Shown piece by piece: positions 62,878 to 64,000 of a stretch of 64,000 nucleotides of DNA. A program made the translations under genes and the position numbers. The stretch is from contig NW_003314392.1 of NCBI RefSeq assembly GCF_000143415.4, positions 158,390 through 222,389 of the forward strand, written 5' to 3'. Positions within the stretch are counted from its first letter, which is position 1; each line of letters begins with the position of its first letter. The notes beneath the pieces are model-generated. The model was not told the origin of the DNA. It saw only the letters and a program-made list of their open reading frames with translations, and ran no database searches. The stretch comes from Selaginella moellendorffii. Its lineage: Eukaryota; Plantae; Lycopodiophyta.

Positions 62878-64000
62878 TCAACTGGGCTGCTGCTCTCTAG
62901 TATCGACGCTCTCCCCGCAGTAGATTGTCACTATGGAGTCTGCCGCCGCAGCTGCAAGATGGACACTGTATGGATGAAACGAAAGGCAGCTCACCGCCCC
63001 AATCTTGACCGCCAAGAAGCTGTTGTAGTACCGAATCCTGCTCACCTCTTGCCCGCTCAGGTTGAACACACGAATGCCGTTGTTCATGGAGCCGGTTGCA
63101 ATCACCGGTGCATGGCGATGAACACTGAGGGCCGTCAAGTGCCCACGGCTGTGAGCACCAAACCCCCATGCCGCAGCCGATGGAAACCGGAGGTCGAGAA
63201 ACTTCACGTCTCCAGTCTGCGATGCTGATACAACCTGCACAACCCGACCCTTTTAACACGCGAGAAACAAAAACAGGGATGGGAAAGTCGACGACCGTCT
63301 GAGCGCTCGACGCGGACTGGAACTCCAATCCTATCACCCTGTGCGCGTGTGGCCTCATACCAGAGACGAGCCTGCCGGGACAACAGTTGAGAGAAATGCC
63401 ACGTCCAAAGAAGTATCAAAATCATCTTACGGGCTGTGAGATCGTATGTCGTAGATGCGAACAGCTCCGTCACAACAGCCTACAGCTAGAACCCCCGACG
63501 GAGATTGTGATGCAGACTGCAAAACCGAGAGATGATGGAACGCGTAGCTTTCACTCTACAGCAGCAACTCACCATGGCTGAAATGCCACTCTCTCCTGGA
63601 GCTTGTATGGTGCATGCCAGCAGCTCTCGGTCGAGATCCCAGACCACAATTGACGACGACTCCCCAGCTGATGCGTACTGCATGCATACACAAACTTAGT
63701 ATGCAGACCGACCCTCCACAAAGGACACACGTACCAGGTAACCCGTTGCTTGCTGCCAGTCGACGACAGCACTGGCAGCTCGGTTGCCCGGCCTGGGGCC
63801 TTGAAGTGCCTGCCACGACGTCGCTAGGCGCTGCTTTCCCTTTATAGCGTAGTCCTTCCAGACCCTTACACTGCCATCGCCTACACCACCATAGATACTC
63901 AGGACGAGGCAACAGCATAAAACAAAATGCCAGCTTACTTGAGGCCACCAGCAGCAAACTGTGCTCGAGCTCATTCACGAAACAGAGTTTTGAAACGCCG
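62878..64000 (-). CDS. RAPTOR: RAPTOR (regulatory-associated protein of TOR), C-terminal WD40 exons; continues beyond the window
   Basis: DGSVRVWKDYAIKGKQRLAT, AVVDWQQATGYL, LTALSVHRHAPVIATGS, IRYYNSFLAVKIGAVSCLSFHPY. Confidence 0.92.

Overview
Eukaryotic land-plant nuclear DNA. Very short introns, PLS-type PPR relics and compact gene spacing suggest a lycophyte such as Selaginella, but this is inference only. About 53 kb is nested transposable elements: (1) two 5'-truncated L1-type LINEs joined head-to-head (1-10 kb); (2) decayed Cassandra TRIMs and stacked LTR relics (11.6-16.5 kb); (3) a three-LTR tandem of a non-autonomous LTR retroelement (16.5-44.4 kb) whose middle LTR is chimeric. The first internal region of that tandem carries a young Cassandra (5S-rRNA-derived LTRs) and a 13.7-kb DNA transposon with 24-bp TIRs and a 4-bp TSD. 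The transposon encodes a Sola-like DDD transposase and a divergently transcribed multi-exon gene with ParB-like, degenerate N4/N6-methyltransferase-like and FCP1/HAD phosphatase-like regions. It also carries about 30 dispersed copies of one 22-bp palindrome (ATGGCRTGNGGCCNCAYGCCAT), many inside the introns of that gene. A second, decayed relative at 49.7-52.8 kb has a homologous gene remnant and a variant palindrome. This protein-plus-palindrome pairing is the best candidate for an undescribed self-recognition or anti-silencing system. The rest holds pseudogenes (MOT1-type molybdate transporter, PPR, PDH-E1 alpha, P450, Gypsy integrase), an assembly gap, a DnaJ-domain gene and the 3' end of RAPTOR. 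All domain calls are by eye, without database searches.
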